A DNA stretch of 64,000 nucleotides, taken from the NCBI GenBank assembly GCA_934098735.1, contig CAKOOS010000004.1, forward strand, positions 6,044-70,043, given 5' to 3'. Under the pieces are notes generated by a model that worked only from the letters and a program-made list of their open reading frames with translations, had not been told where the DNA came from and searched no databases. The position numbers and the translations under genes are program-made. Origin of the DNA: an uncultured Bacilli bacterium (lineage in GTDB: Bacteria > Bacillota_I > Bacilli_A > RF39 > UBA660). How positions within the stretch are numbered: position 1 is the stretch's first letter; each line of letters opens with the position of its first letter. This document shows positions 49,099 through 59,807 of this stretch, in pieces.

Positions 49099-51195
49099 AT
49101 TTAATTCAACACTTAAAACAGTATTTTCTTTATCAATTATTGTTCCAGGGGCAATACTCTGGCTTGTTACATATCCATATCCCGAGTACTCCAATTTTAT
49201 ACCTAAAAGATTAGCAAATGTCTCAACTTCGTTAAGACTCCAGCCTTGTAAATTTTCCATTGCATATTCTGTAGCATTTGTTAGAAGAAATACTTTCCCT
49301 CCAGATAAAATGGTTTTGTTTTTTAATGGGTATTGATTTGTTATATATTTACCATTACCAAGAACTATAGCATTTATTTTATTTTCTTTTAAAGTATTTG
49401 TGACAAATTCTGTTTCTTTACTAATATAATTATCCAAAGTAATTAATTTTGTTTTATCTACATCTGTTTTGGTTTCGGTTAGTTTTGCATAACTTGCTAT
49501 TTCCTCAACTGCTGTTGTAATTACTCTAGCCCATGATCCTAAATTTGTTTCTGGTTTTTTTCCAACTACATAAACTATATATTTTGGATCATCTGTTGGA
49601 AATATGCCAGCAAAAGATTTTATGTAATCATAAGTTCCACTTAAATATCCGCCACTAGGTGATGCTATTTGGGCTGTACCTGTTTTCCCCATGATGCTCA
49701 CATTATTTACTTGCCATACTTTATTTACTTCAATAACCTTTTTCATTAGTTCTTGCATTTTAGAAACAGTTGAACTACTATAAACTTTTTCAACTACTTC
49801 TCTTCCACCCTTATAAGTTATATTTCCATCTTGATCTACTATTTTATCTACTATATAAGGTTTTATTGTTGAGCCATTATTTGTCATCGAACTTAAGGCT
49901 TCCAGCATTTGAATTGGAGTAATACTTACACCTTGACCAAATGATGCATTAGAAAGTTCTGATTGATATCTAAAACTTATATCTCCTTTTGCTTCATTGG
50001 ATAATTCTATTCCTGTTTTTTGACCAAAACCAAGATTATTATAATAGTTAGTAAGTTTATTTACACCAAGTCTTAAAGCTAAAATGGTAGCTGCAACATT
50101 TGAAGAATGAGCAAATCCTAAATCAAAGTCTATTTCACCCCATCCACTTCGAGTTGCATCCCTAATAATGGTTCCATCATCTAGAGTATATGAACCTGAT
50201 TTAAAAGTCTCAGCTCCATTATATAGATTTTCTTCAATAGCTGATGCAAAAGAAAATATTTTCATTACAGATCCTGGTTCATATTGGTAACTTACTAAAG
50301 GATTCATATAGCTTTTAATTGTATTAGTATCATTTGGGTTAAAGTTAGGACTTGTACTACTTGCCACAATTGCCCCAGTTTTAGCATCCATTACGGTAAA
50401 CGATGCCCAGTCTGTATTAAAGTCATTTTGCATATTTGATACTGCTTTTTCAGCAATAAGCTGGATATTACTATCAATCGTTAAATATATGTCTGATCCA
50501 TTTTGGGCTTTTTTGGTTTCAGAAGGCGTATTTGGAATTTGATAATTACTTGATGTATATTTTAAATACTTAGTATAACCATTTGTCCCAGATAGTATTT
50601 CATCATAATATCCTTCGATACCTAATTCTCCAGTTAGCTTTCCGTCTTTATTTTCTTTTGCATATCCTACTATATAAGAAGCAAAAGTGGCTTTACTGTA
50701 ATATCTTTTTTTAGAGTTGCTAATAAAGCTTATACCAGGTAATTCTAGTTTTTCTATTTGAGCTTTAACAACTTCTGTTATTCCTCTTCCACCAGGCCCT
50801 AGTTCTACTTGGTAGGCATCTTTATTTAATAATGCAAGTAAACGTTCTTTAGTCATATTTATAATCGGAAATAAAAGTTCTGCTGTTTTTTCTTTATCCA
50901 CTACATGTTTTGGATTGCTGGGATCGGTGGTCCTAGATTCACTTAAGTAGGCAATTACGGTGTAAGAGTTTACTGTCGTAGCAAGTTCTTCACCATTAAC
51001 ATCAAAAATATTTCCACGGCTTGCATATAATGTTTTTTCAACCGTAGCAATTGATGCAGCCTTTTCTTTTAATGATATTCCATCTACTTTGTCACTTAAA
51101 ACGACATAAGAAAGTTTAATAATTATTGCCATAAATAAAAGAGCAACAATTAAAATAATAAATCTTGATACTTTAACAGTTACTCCTTTTTTCAT
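49093..51195 (-). CDS. pbpB: Class B penicillin-binding protein PBP2B/FtsI type with two C-terminal PASTA domains
   Basis: Transpeptidase motifs (SVMK, SSN, KTGT). It follows ftsL in the dcw order. Confidence 0.85.
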   Translation of the reverse strand: MKKGVTVKVSRFIILIVALLFMAIIIKLSYVVLSDKVDGISLKEKAASIATVEKTLYASRGNIFDVNGEELATTVNSYTVIAYLSESRTTDPSNPKHVVDKEKTAELLFPIINMTKERLLALLNKDAYQVELGPGGRGITEVVKAQIEKLELPGISFISNSKKRYYSKATFASYIVGYAKENKDGKLTGELGIEGYYDEILSGTNGYTKYLKYTSSNYQIPNTPSETKKAQNGSDIYLTIDSNIQLIAEKAVSNMQNDFNTDWASFTVMDAKTGAIVASSTSPNFNPNDTNTIKSYMNPLVSYQYEPGSVMKIFSFASAIEENLYNGAETFKSGSYTLDDGTIIRDATRSGWGEIDFDLGFAHSSNVAATILALRLGVNKLTNYYNNLGFGQKTGIELSNEAKGDISFRYQSELSNASFGQGVSITPIQMLEALSSMTNNGSTIKPYIVDKIVDQDGNITYKGGREVVEKVYSSSTVSKMQELMKKVIEVNKVWQVNNVSIMGKTGTAQIASPSGGYLSGTYDYIKSFAGIFPTDDPKYIVYVVGKKPETNLGSWARVITTAVEEIASYAKLTETKTDVDKTKLITLDNYISKETEFVTNTLKENKINAIVLGNGKYITNQYPLKNKTILSGGKVFLLTNATEYAMENLQGWSLNEVETFANLLGIKLEYSGYGYVTSQSIAPGTIIDKENTVLSVELNK

Positions 51196-51215
51196 TTTTC
51201 TTTATCTCCTTATTT

Positions 51216-51524
51216 TTAATCAACAGATTTTATATTACTATTATTATACGACAAACCATATTCTTCAGCAACATTTTGAATATTCTCAAGACTAGCCAGT
51301 TCATCAACTTGCATTGACAAACTTTGATTTACTAATTCTTGCTTTTCAATATTTTTTTTGATTTTTTCGACTTCATTATTAGTTTCAGATAAAAGAGATG
51401 ATGTGTAAACATTAAACATTGGTATTGCTAATACTAAAAATAATAGCAATCCATACATCATTTTTTCTCCTTTTAGTAATTTAACTTTTTTACTCTTTTT
51501 AGCCATAAAATCAAATCCTTTCAA
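51216..51524 (-). CDS. ftsL: Cell division protein FtsL
   Basis: Small bitopic protein with a coiled coil, located between rsmH and pbpB. Confidence 0.55.
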   Translation of the reverse strand: MKGFDFMAKKSKKVKLLKGEKMMYGLLLFLVLAIPMFNVYTSSLLSETNNEVEKIKKNIEKQELVNQSLSMQVDELASLENIQNVAEEYGLSYNNSNIKSVD

Positions 51525-52422
51525 TTATTCTTAATTTTGCACTTCTACTTCGAGAATTTTCTTCTAATTCTTCTTCTTTAGGAAGAATTGGTTTTTTATT
51601 TATTAATTTTATTAAAGGTTTATATTCTTCAGGTATTTCAATTAAACCTTTAACAAATTCATCTACTTCGCTATTTTTCTTAAATATATTTTTTACTATT
51701 CTATCTTCTAGTGAGTGAAAAGTTATAACTAATAACCTTCCTCCCTTTTTTAACTTATTTATTGCTTTAGGAAGTATTTCTTCTAAAACTTTTAGTTCTT
51801 GATTTACTTCAATTCTAAGAGCCTGAAATATCTTTCTTTCTGGATGATTCTTGTAAAAATAATTAGCTCCGGTCGCATTTTTTATTGTTTCAACAAGTTC
51901 AAGTGTTGTATTTATATTATCTTTATTATTTTTAACTTTTCGAGCTATTACTTTACTCATCTTTTCTTCTCCATAAGTAAAAAAGATATTAGCTAATTTT
52001 TCTTCACTATAGTTTTCTATTATGTCTTTTGCTGTTATTCCTTTGCTTGACATACGCATATCTAAAGGACCATCATGCATAAAAGAAAAACCTCTTTCTT
52101 GATCATCAATTTGGGGTGAAGAAAAACCTAAATCAAATATTATTCCATCAACAGAATCGATATTGTATTCATTTAATTTTTCGATCATCTGATTAAAATT
52201 AACATTAAATATTTTAAAATTAGAACCTATTTTAGATAGTTCTTCTTCAGAATACATAACAGCCTTAGGGTCTTGATCAAAGCCATATAAAAAACCTTTT
52301 GGAATTCTTTTTAATATTTCTTTAGAATCTCCGGCGTACCCTACGGTGGCATCAACATATATCCCATCTTCTTTAATGTTAAGATTTTCAATTAATTCTT
52401 GTTTTAAAACACTATAATGCAT
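51511..52422 (-). CDS. rsmH: 16S rRNA (cytosine1402-N4)-methyltransferase RsmH. The likely start is MHYSVLKQE.
   Basis: YVDATVGYAGDS SAM motif and DLGFSSPQID. Confidence 0.85.
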   Translation of the reverse strand: MHYSVLKQELIENLNIKEDGIYVDATVGYAGDSKEILKRIPKGFLYGFDQDPKAVMYSEEELSKIGSNFKIFNVNFNQMIEKLNEYNIDSVDGIIFDLGFSSPQIDDQERGFSFMHDGPLDMRMSSKGITAKDIIENYSEEKLANIFFTYGEEKMSKVIARKVKNNKDNINTTLELVETIKNATGANYFYKNHPERKIFQALRIEVNQELKVLEEILPKAINKLKKGGRLLVITFHSLEDRIVKNIFKKNSEVDEFVKGLIEIPEEYKPLIKLINKKPILPKEEELEENSRSRSAKLRIIERI

Positions 52423-52852
52423 ATTTATCACCTTCAAATAAATGTTCTGCAACTTCTGATATTTTAGCACTGTTATCATTTAAAAATTCTGCAAACATTT
52501 TTTCACTCCATATCTCAATATGGTCATTTGCGCCGATTATGACACATTCTTTATTTAAATCGGCGTAACCAACCAATGGGGAGGTAATATTTATTCGACC
52601 ACTTTTGTCGAACTCGCAAACAGTGGCTCCCGAAAAGAAAAATCTAGTAAATGTTCTGGCGTCTTTTTTTGTGAAAGGTAGAGTTTCTAACTGGCTAACT
52701 ATTTTTTCCCATTTTGAACTAGGATAAATATATAGACATTTTTCAATTCCTTTAGTAATTATAAAATTACTTCCTAATTCTTCACGATATTTCGTTGGTA
52801 TAACTAGTCGGCCTTTATCATCTATATTGTGATGAAATTCCCCCAGCAACAT
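52412..52852 (-). CDS. mraZ: Transcriptional regulator MraZ. The likely start is MLLGEFHH.
   Basis: Duplicated DxxxR motifs (DDKGRLVIP and DKSGRINI). Confidence 0.85.
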   Translation of the reverse strand: MLLGEFHHNIDDKGRLVIPTKYREELGSNFIITKGIEKCLYIYPSSKWEKIVSQLETLPFTKKDARTFTRFFFSGATVCEFDKSGRINITSPLVGYADLNKECVIIGANDHIEIWSEKMFAEFLNDNSAKISEVAEHLFEGDKYAL

Positions 52853-52934
52853 GTTATCTCCCACTTTCTCCCACAGTATGCCACTGTCTATAATTATAAT
52901 AGCAAATAAAGAAAAAAAAGTAAATATTATTTAT

Positions 52935-53849
52935 TTACTTTTCACTTTGTTTACAGTCTTTATTCTCATCTTTCATTACTTCTTTTAAAGCACTTCCAAA
53001 TGTAGCTATGCCTTGAAGTTCAGCAGGAACAATAATTTTAGTTGATGAACCATTTGCTACAGTTTCTAGGGTTTCAAATGATTTTAATCTTAATACCGCT
53101 TCATCTGCTTTAGCTTCTTTTAAAAGTTTAATGCCATCTGCTTCAGCTTTTTTAATCTTAAGCATTGCTTCAGCTTCTCCTTCTGCAATTCTAATCTGAC
53201 TTTGCTTTTGTGCTTCAGCCCTAAGGATAGCACTTTCTTTTTCTCCTTCAGCTATTAATATACTAGATTTTTTTTCACCTTCTGCTTGAAGAATCTTTTC
53301 TCTTCTTTCTCTTTCAGCTCGCATTTGTTTTTCCATTGCTTCTTGAATGTCACGAGGTGGTAAAATATTTTTAACTTCTACCCTATTTACTTTAATTCCC
53401 CATGGATCTGTTGCTTCATCTAATATAGAACGCATCTTAGTATTAATAATATCTCTGCTTGTTAAAGTTTGATCCAGTTCAAGTTCCCCGATTAAATTAC
53501 GTAAGGTTGTAGCAGTTAAACTTTCTATAGCACTTACTGGATACTCTACTCCATAAGTGTATAGTTTAGCATCAGTAATTTGAAAATATACAACTGTATC
53601 AATTTGCATTGTAACATTATCTTTGGTTATTACTGGTTGAGGAGCAAAGTCTTTAACAATTTCTTTTAATGTAACCTTATTAGCAATACTGTCTATAAAA
53701 GGAATTTTAAAATGAGGGCCATGTTGCCATGTTTTTAAATATGACCCCAATCTTTCAATAACATAACATTTAGATTGAGGAACAATTTTAATATTTGGAA
53801 TAATTAAAATTATAACTATAACTAAAACAACTAATAATATTTGTGGCAT
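52935..53849 (-). CDS. floA: SPFH/band 7 domain protein, flotillin-like FloA/YqfA
   Basis: N-terminal anchor, SPFH domain and an Ala/Glu-rich C-terminus. Adjacent to nfeD. Confidence 0.65.
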   Translation of the reverse strand: MPQILLVVLVIVIILIIPNIKIVPQSKCYVIERLGSYLKTWQHGPHFKIPFIDSIANKVTLKEIVKDFAPQPVITKDNVTMQIDTVVYFQITDAKLYTYGVEYPVSAIESLTATTLRNLIGELELDQTLTSRDIINTKMRSILDEATDPWGIKVNRVEVKNILPPRDIQEAMEKQMRAERERREKILQAEGEKKSSILIAEGEKESAILRAEAQKQSQIRIAEGEAEAMLKIKKAEADGIKLLKEAKADEAVLRLKSFETLETVANGSSTKIIVPAELQGIATFGSALKEVMKDENKDCKQSEK

Positions 53850-53851
53850 AA

Positions 53852-54295
53852 TTATATCACCTTCCTTACAATTAATTTTACACCATCTATTTTTTCAACC
53901 TTAACTAGATCATGATTCTTACAAAAATCTTTGCTTATAGCACTCCATCTTTTACCTTGAATTTTAACTTCCCCTACTTTACTATCTGTAATTTCTTCTG
54001 TTACGATAGCATTTTCACCGATTAAACGTTCTAAATTAGTTTTTTCTTTTGGTAAACTTTTTTTAAGACGATTAACAATGGGCTTGGTAAGTATAAGAAG
54101 AAATAATCCTAGTAAAACAAAAATGCTAAAAGTAATTGTATCATTTTCTATAAAAAATGATAATAGTAATGCTACAATACCACTTAAAACAAACCAAATA
54201 GAAACTAGGTTTATGGTAAATGCTTCAACTAAAGATAAAATTAAAACAATGACAAGCCAATAAATCCAACTCATATTCTTTCCTTTCATTTTCAT
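53852..54295 (-). CDS. nfeD: NfeD-like membrane protein with a C-terminal OB fold
   Basis: Transmembrane helices plus a C-terminal beta domain. Its stop lies 3 nt before the floA start. Confidence 0.55.
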   Translation of the reverse strand: MKMKGKNMSWIYWLVIVLILSLVEAFTINLVSIWFVLSGIVALLLSFFIENDTITFSIFVLLGLFLLILTKPIVNRLKKSLPKEKTNLERLIGENAIVTEEITDSKVGEVKIQGKRWSAISKDFCKNHDLVKVEKIDGVKLIVRKVI

Positions 54296-54343
54296 TATAC
54301 AATAATTTTATTAATAAAAAAAGAAACAAATTTAATTTTGTTT

Positions 54344-54610
54344 CTATTCGTTTGGTAATTCATCTACAGATTTTTCTATAGATTCAGCAAATAATTTAAG
54401 AAGATCATGAGCAAGAGCTTCATCTTCAACTTTTTCTACATAGTTTTCATCATTTTCAATTATTTCTTTAAATATTATTGATTCATCACTTGGTTCTTCT
54501 TCTTCATTTAAAATATTAGCTAAAAAATAATTATTGTTATTGTAATTTATTTTTTCTAATAATAAGCAGTTTACATCATTATCTAAAGTTATAACTGTAT
54601 CAACTTCCAT
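54344..54610 (-). CDS. DUF1292 family protein (YqfB-like)
   Basis: Acidic 88-aa protein with VITLDNDVNCLLLEKI...YFLA. Confidence 0.5.
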   Translation of the reverse strand: MEVDTVITLDNDVNCLLLEKINYNNNNYFLANILNEEEEPSDESIIFKEIIENDENYVEKVEDEALAHDLLKLFAESIEKSVDELPNE

Positions 54611-54611
54611 A

Positions 54612-56276
54612 TTATCTTCCTCCTTGACTATTTAGTAAATCATCAATTGTTGCATATTCATTATAATCTGTTACTTCTTCTAGTTTTGCTTGATTATTGT
54701 TATTACTATTACCAATATCTGCTAAGGCATCACTTATAGATTTTTTAATATCATCATCAAGTTCTTCATATTCGTCTGGTTTTTTTTCTTCCTTAGGTTT
54801 ATTTACTACTTCAGGTTCTACAGGAGTTTTTTCTTCTACTGTTTTTTTATTTTTTCTTAGTCTTAAAAATGATAATAATTTTGTTTTGTTTCCTTTAACG
54901 GCATTTTTATCCATTGTTTCATCAAGTTCGGGAACATCAACTGTATTTTTACCTATTAATTTATTCTTTAATTTACTTCCAATATGAGATATTTCTTTTG
55001 CTACATCAATAAAACCATATTTAATATTTTCAGCACCAATAGCACTATACTTTAAAACATTCTTAGCAAACTTTTCAATAATGGCTTTTCTTTTTTTGGT
55101 AACTTTATGTTTTTCTTCAGGTTCTTTTTGAGAAGGCATTTCGTCAAGTTTTGGTTCTTCAAAATCATTTCTCAATTCATTTTCCCGAATAATTTCTTTT
55201 ACTTCAAGACGAATATAAGGTTTTAAATCATCTGTTTTATTATTTATTCCAAGATTTTTATTATAATTAAATCCTTCTGGCAAAACTAGTTTTGATGCAT
55301 CTTCTACTTCTATATATTTATAAGTACTTCCATCTTTTTCAACTTCTTCGTTTACTTTTAAATCTGGATTTAATACTTTCATTACTGATAATAAATCTTC
55401 AACATTTTCTATTTTTTTGCTATTTTCTTCTATTACTTCATTTTTAGGTACATTTTCAATAATTTCTGGAGCACTTATTTCATTTACTACTTCTTCTTGT
55501 AATTCAACTTTACGCATATCTGTTGCTTCAAGTCCATACTTTTTACATAATTCTGCAAATTCTCTTTGACTATTTTCAATATTTCTTCCAAAAACAACTA
55601 TCTTATCTCTGGTATCACCAATTATAGTGGCTAGTTTATCCATAGCACTACTTTCTAAAGATAATTTTCTATAACTTGTATCTAATGCTTTAATATTTTG
55701 AAGTAAGTCATTACGATATTTATTTAAATCAAAATTAGTCAAAGATTTATCAAAAATTTCTTTTTGTTCATCGCGAAATTTTAAAGCTCTTTCTTTTTCA
55801 ATTTTAGCTTCTTTCTTAGCTTCAACAAGTTCTAGTGTTTGATCTGACTTAAGTTGTCTATCCATAGTCTTGTCAGCATCTAAATCATGGATTCTTTGTT
55901 GAACATCACGTAAATTAGCCGCTCTATTTTCTAAAACTTTTTCAGCTTTTAAATAATTTTGAGCAAGTTCAAATTTTCCTCTTAAATTATTTAATAAGTT
56001 TTCAAAATCTTTAGCTCCGATATTGTTACGAAAATAGTTATCAGCATTAATTACTTTTTCTATTTCATCTAATTGAAAAGAAATATCTTTAGCAAATGTG
56101 CTTACATCTACTCCTTCATTTATAGATTTTTTTAAACCATTTAATGTACCTATTATTTCATTTAAATCAGAAGTACTAGCATTTCTATCATATACTTCTG
56201 CACTTGCAACTACAAAACCATTATCATCTAGTAATTTCTTTTTTGCTTTATAATTTTTTAATCCTTCTTCTGTCAT
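54612..56276 (-). CDS. Hypothetical coiled-coil protein with a Lys/Glu-rich C-terminus
   Basis: 554 aa, with long heptad-like segments. Confidence 0.35.
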   Translation of the reverse strand: MTEEGLKNYKAKKKLLDDNGFVVASAEVYDRNASTSDLNEIIGTLNGLKKSINEGVDVSTFAKDISFQLDEIEKVINADNYFRNNIGAKDFENLLNNLRGKFELAQNYLKAEKVLENRAANLRDVQQRIHDLDADKTMDRQLKSDQTLELVEAKKEAKIEKERALKFRDEQKEIFDKSLTNFDLNKYRNDLLQNIKALDTSYRKLSLESSAMDKLATIIGDTRDKIVVFGRNIENSQREFAELCKKYGLEATDMRKVELQEEVVNEISAPEIIENVPKNEVIEENSKKIENVEDLLSVMKVLNPDLKVNEEVEKDGSTYKYIEVEDASKLVLPEGFNYNKNLGINNKTDDLKPYIRLEVKEIIRENELRNDFEEPKLDEMPSQKEPEEKHKVTKKRKAIIEKFAKNVLKYSAIGAENIKYGFIDVAKEISHIGSKLKNKLIGKNTVDVPELDETMDKNAVKGNKTKLLSFLRLRKNKKTVEEKTPVEPEVVNKPKEEKKPDEYEELDDDIKKSISDALADIGNSNNNNQAKLEEVTDYNEYATIDDLLNSQGGR

Positions 56277-56412
56277 AATTCATATTCCCTTCTGTATTAA
56301 AATTTACCATAATATTGAAAAAAATGCAATGCTAAAAGTTTAAAAGTTTTTAATTAATCATCTATTTAGTAAACTAACTAAATATTTTCATAAAAAAAGT
56401 AGATTACTCTAC

Positions 56413-56601
56413 TTATTCTTCATTACTAGCAACTTTGATTACTTCTTTACCATTGTAGTTTCCACATTTAGTACATGCTCTATGAGGTCTTAATGTTGCT
56501 CCACATTTTGAACATGTTGTTAAAGCTCCAACTTCTTTTTTCAAATGTGTTCTACGCATTCTTTTTTTAGTCTTACTAGTTCTTCTAAAAGGAACTGCCA
56601 T
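56413..56601 (-). CDS. rpmF: 50S ribosomal protein L32 (zinc-ribbon form, CxxC...CxxC)
   Basis: [19 protein letters not shown]. Confidence 0.85.
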   Translation of the reverse strand: MAVPFRRTSKTKKRMRRTHLKKEVGALTTCSKCGATLRPHRACTKCGNYNGKEVIKVASNEE

Positions 56602-56603
56602 CT

Positions 56604-57074
56604 TTATTCACCACCTTTAAATAATTCACTCAATTTTTCAAATCTTGGATCAATATTTTCCGCATTACTTTTACCATTTAATTCCCAGCCATCACCGCTT
56701 TTTTGAACTCCGGCCTCATTTGTAATTCGAATGGGAACTTCCAATACAATATTTTCCCATAAAAATTCAATTATATCAAGTGTATTTTGATTTTTTTCAT
56801 AATTTTTAGTTAAATCTTCATTAAATTCTTCAATATTTTCAGCTATTTCGATATTTAAGGGATATTCTATCGGTTCATTAGTTATAGCATCAACTAAAGT
56901 CATTGAGCCTTCGACATTTAAAATTGCTTCCACTTCATCAGCAGAATTGTATTTTATAATACCTTCAACTTTTAATTTATCTATTTTTTTTATATCTGTA
57001 TTTTTATAAAAGCTTTCAGGAATTGTTACCTCTTCATTAATTTTGTATGGTAACATATTTAAATTTATTTTCAT
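56604..57074 (-). CDS. yceD: YceD/DUF177 family protein
   Basis: Conserved pairing with rpmF. Acidic, and ends in GDGWEL...F. Confidence 0.65.
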   Translation of the reverse strand: MKINLNMLPYKINEEVTIPESFYKNTDIKKIDKLKVEGIIKYNSADEVEAILNVEGSMTLVDAITNEPIEYPLNIEIAENIEEFNEDLTKNYEKNQNTLDIIEFLWENIVLEVPIRITNEAGVQKSGDGWELNGKSNAENIDPRFEKLSELFKGGE

Positions 57075-58072
57075 TAATTCACCTTCATTATATATAAATA
57101 ATTATTTGTATATTCTTTAACTATTTTTTGATTTTCTAAACTAAATATAATACTTTTTAATTTTTCCTCACTATCCATAACAGTAAAATGATATAAATCG
57201 TCACTAATACGTTCACATTTCTTTATTTGATAGTCATTTAACTCTTCTGTATTTATTGATTTTTCTTCTTCTGTTTTAACAAGATACTTACTTAAAACAT
57301 CTTCTTTTAATATAAGTATTCCATCTAATGTTAGATCTAAAAAGTTAGATTCATCTATTCCTAAAGCTTCGCTTAAATTTATATTTTTATTATTATTTAA
57401 ATCATACACATATAAATCATTATCTTCTAGATAAATAAGATAATTAGAATTACATTTTAATAATTTTAATTTAGAATAATAGTTACTTGGAATAATTAAA
57501 GTATTTTCTTTTGTCTTTAAATTATAACTATATATACCATCTTTTATATTATAATATACTAAATTATTATTAGTTAAAATATTATCATCTATTAAATTAG
57601 TTGAAATGCTAGTTTTCTCTGTTTTATCGTAGGTCCAGTAGTCTAAATTATAACCGTTGGTACGAAGTAAATAATCTTCACTTAGTTTAACTTTATAACT
57701 ATTGCTATAATAACTATCTAGTTCATAAAAATAAAAACTTTCACTACTATTTTCATATCTAACTTCATTTACAGCATCAGAGTATAATACTATTTTCTGA
57801 CCCTTTACATAGACATCTAAAATACTATAAAATGTATGAAGATTAAGATTTTTTTCTTCTTCATTAAGTCCATATAAATTATAAACATTATCCGTATCTT
57901 TTAAAATTCCATAGTATTCATAAATACTTGGATACTTATCATCTTCTCGCATCTTTACTTCATGTAATGATTTAATATACTTTGACAAATATCCGATTGC
58001 TATAACCACAATAATAAAGATAATTATGGCTATAATACTTACTATTATTTTTTTTCTTTTTTCTGGTAGCAC
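57074..58072 (-). CDS. Hypothetical membrane-anchored protein
   Basis: N-terminal transmembrane segment. Tyr/Asn-rich beta-type sequence. Confidence 0.3.
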   Translation of the reverse strand: MLPEKRKKIIVSIIAIIIFIIVVIAIGYLSKYIKSLHEVKMREDDKYPSIYEYYGILKDTDNVYNLYGLNEEEKNLNLHTFYSILDVYVKGQKIVLYSDAVNEVRYENSSESFYFYELDSYYSNSYKVKLSEDYLLRTNGYNLDYWTYDKTEKTSISTNLIDDNILTNNNLVYYNIKDGIYSYNLKTKENTLIIPSNYYSKLKLLKCNSNYLIYLEDNDLYVYDLNNNKNINLSEALGIDESNFLDLTLDGILILKEDVLSKYLVKTEEEKSINTEELNDYQIKKCERISDDLYHFTVMDSEEKLKSIIFSLENQKIVKEYTNNYLYIMKVN

Positions 58073-58073
58073 C

Positions 58074-59807
58074 CTATATCACCCTCTTAAACATTTTTTC
58101 TAATTCATAACTTGTAAATTTCATGATTGATGGCCTTCCATGACAGCAGTTATATGGATTATCACATTTAACTAAATCACTAAGAAGTTTTTCCATCTCT
58201 AGCATACTTAAATGCTCATTTGCTTTTACACTCATCTTACAACTAACCATCTTAGCTAGGCTATCTAAAAACTTTTCTTTATTAAAATTCTTACTTTCAT
58301 CAAGAACAAGGTCAACTATAAACTTTAAATTATCTCCCTCATAGTTTTGTTTAAGCCAAGTTGGATGACTTTTTATAAGAATAGTATTTATACCAAATTC
58401 TTCAATTTTAAATCCTAAATTTTCAAGTATTTCTTTTCTAGAATTAAAAATCATATAGTCTGATGAAGATAACTCAACTGTTAAAGGAACCAGCATATCA
58501 GTTACACTTACTTCAGATTCTTTAAACTTTTTAGTAATCATTTCATAATTTACTCTTTCATGTGCTGCATGCTGATCAATTATATACATAGCTTCTTCAT
58601 CTTCCGCTATTATAAATGTACCATGTACTTGCCCAACTGGATAAAGCTTTAAACTTTTAAAATCTTCATTTTTAATTATTTCTTGATTATCACCTAAATC
58701 AAAAGTTGTTTGAATAATATGTTCTATTTTTTTTTCTTCATAATTATTATTTTCTTCTAAAACAATATTATTATCTAATACTTTTTCCTCTTCATTACTT
58801 TCTATATTTACATCTGGTATTAATAAATTACTATATAATACTTCTTTTATTTTTTGATATAAACACTTTGTTAATACATCCATTTTACTCATTTTTATAT
58901 CTTGTTTCGTTGGATGAATATTTACATCTACTAAGGTTGGGTCTGTATAAATATTTAAAACTGTAATCGGATAGAATCCTTCATGTTTATAAGTATTATA
59001 TGCATCATTTATAGCTCTATTTATATCATTATTTCGTACAATTCTCCCATTTACAAAAGTATTAAAATGGTTTCTATTTTTTTTAAGAACACTAGGTTTA
59101 GATACAAACCCATATATTTCAAAATCATCAGTACTTGCTTTTACCAAAAGCATATTACTTGATACGTTAAGTCCGTATATTTCATGAATTGTTTTAAGTA
59201 GGTTATTACTTCCACTTGTTTTGACTAGTTCTCTGTGGTTATTGCTTAAACTAAAGGCTATTTCTGGCTTTGATAAAGCAAGCTTTTCTATAAACTGTAA
59301 ACAGTTATTTAATTCAGTTGCTTCACTTTTTAAATACTTTAATCTAGCCGGAGTATTATAAAATAAGTTTTTAACGGTTATTTCAGTTCCTATTCGAGCT
59401 GGAGAGCTTTCAATTAAATCGGATTTTCCTCCCTTTATGTGAACGTGCGTTCCTACTTGATCCTTACATGTTCTTAAATCTACTTCTGATACACTAGCAA
59501 TACTAGCTAAAGCCTCACCTCTAAAGCCTAAAGTTTCTATAAAGAACAAATCATCATCTTTATAAATTTTACTCGTTGCATGTCTAGCAAAGGCTAATGT
59601 AGCATCCTCTTTATCCATTCCCTCGCCATTATCTACGACTTTAATTTCTGTAAGGCCTCCATCAAGAAGCTCTACTTTAATTACACTTGCCCCAGCATCA
59701 ATAGAGTTTTCGACCAGTTCCTTTAAAACTGAAGAACACTTTTCAACTACTTCACCAGCAGCAATCTTGTTGGCTAAAAGCTCATTCATTATCCTTATTT
59801 TACTCAT
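58074..59807 (-). CDS. mutL: DNA mismatch repair protein MutL
   Basis: GHKL ATPase motifs (ELVENSIDAGA, DNGEGM, GFRGEAL) and the C-terminal endonuclease region. Confidence 0.9.
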   Translation of the reverse strand: MSKIRIMNELLANKIAAGEVVEKCSSVLKELVENSIDAGASVIKVELLDGGLTEIKVVDNGEGMDKEDATLAFARHATSKIYKDDDLFFIETLGFRGEALASIASVSEVDLRTCKDQVGTHVHIKGGKSDLIESSPARIGTEITVKNLFYNTPARLKYLKSEATELNNCLQFIEKLALSKPEIAFSLSNNHRELVKTSGSNNLLKTIHEIYGLNVSSNMLLVKASTDDFEIYGFVSKPSVLKKNRNHFNTFVNGRIVRNNDINRAINDAYNTYKHEGFYPITVLNIYTDPTLVDVNIHPTKQDIKMSKMDVLTKCLYQKIKEVLYSNLLIPDVNIESNEEEKVLDNNIVLEENNNYEEKKIEHIIQTTFDLGDNQEIIKNEDFKSLKLYPVGQVHGTFIIAEDEEAMYIIDQHAAHERVNYEMITKKFKESEVSVTDMLVPLTVELSSSDYMIFNSRKEILENLGFKIEEFGINTILIKSHPTWLKQNYEGDNLKFIVDLVLDESKNFNKEKFLDSLAKMVSCKMSVKANEHLSMLEMEKLLSDLVKCDNPYNCCHGRPSIMKFTSYELEKMFKRVI

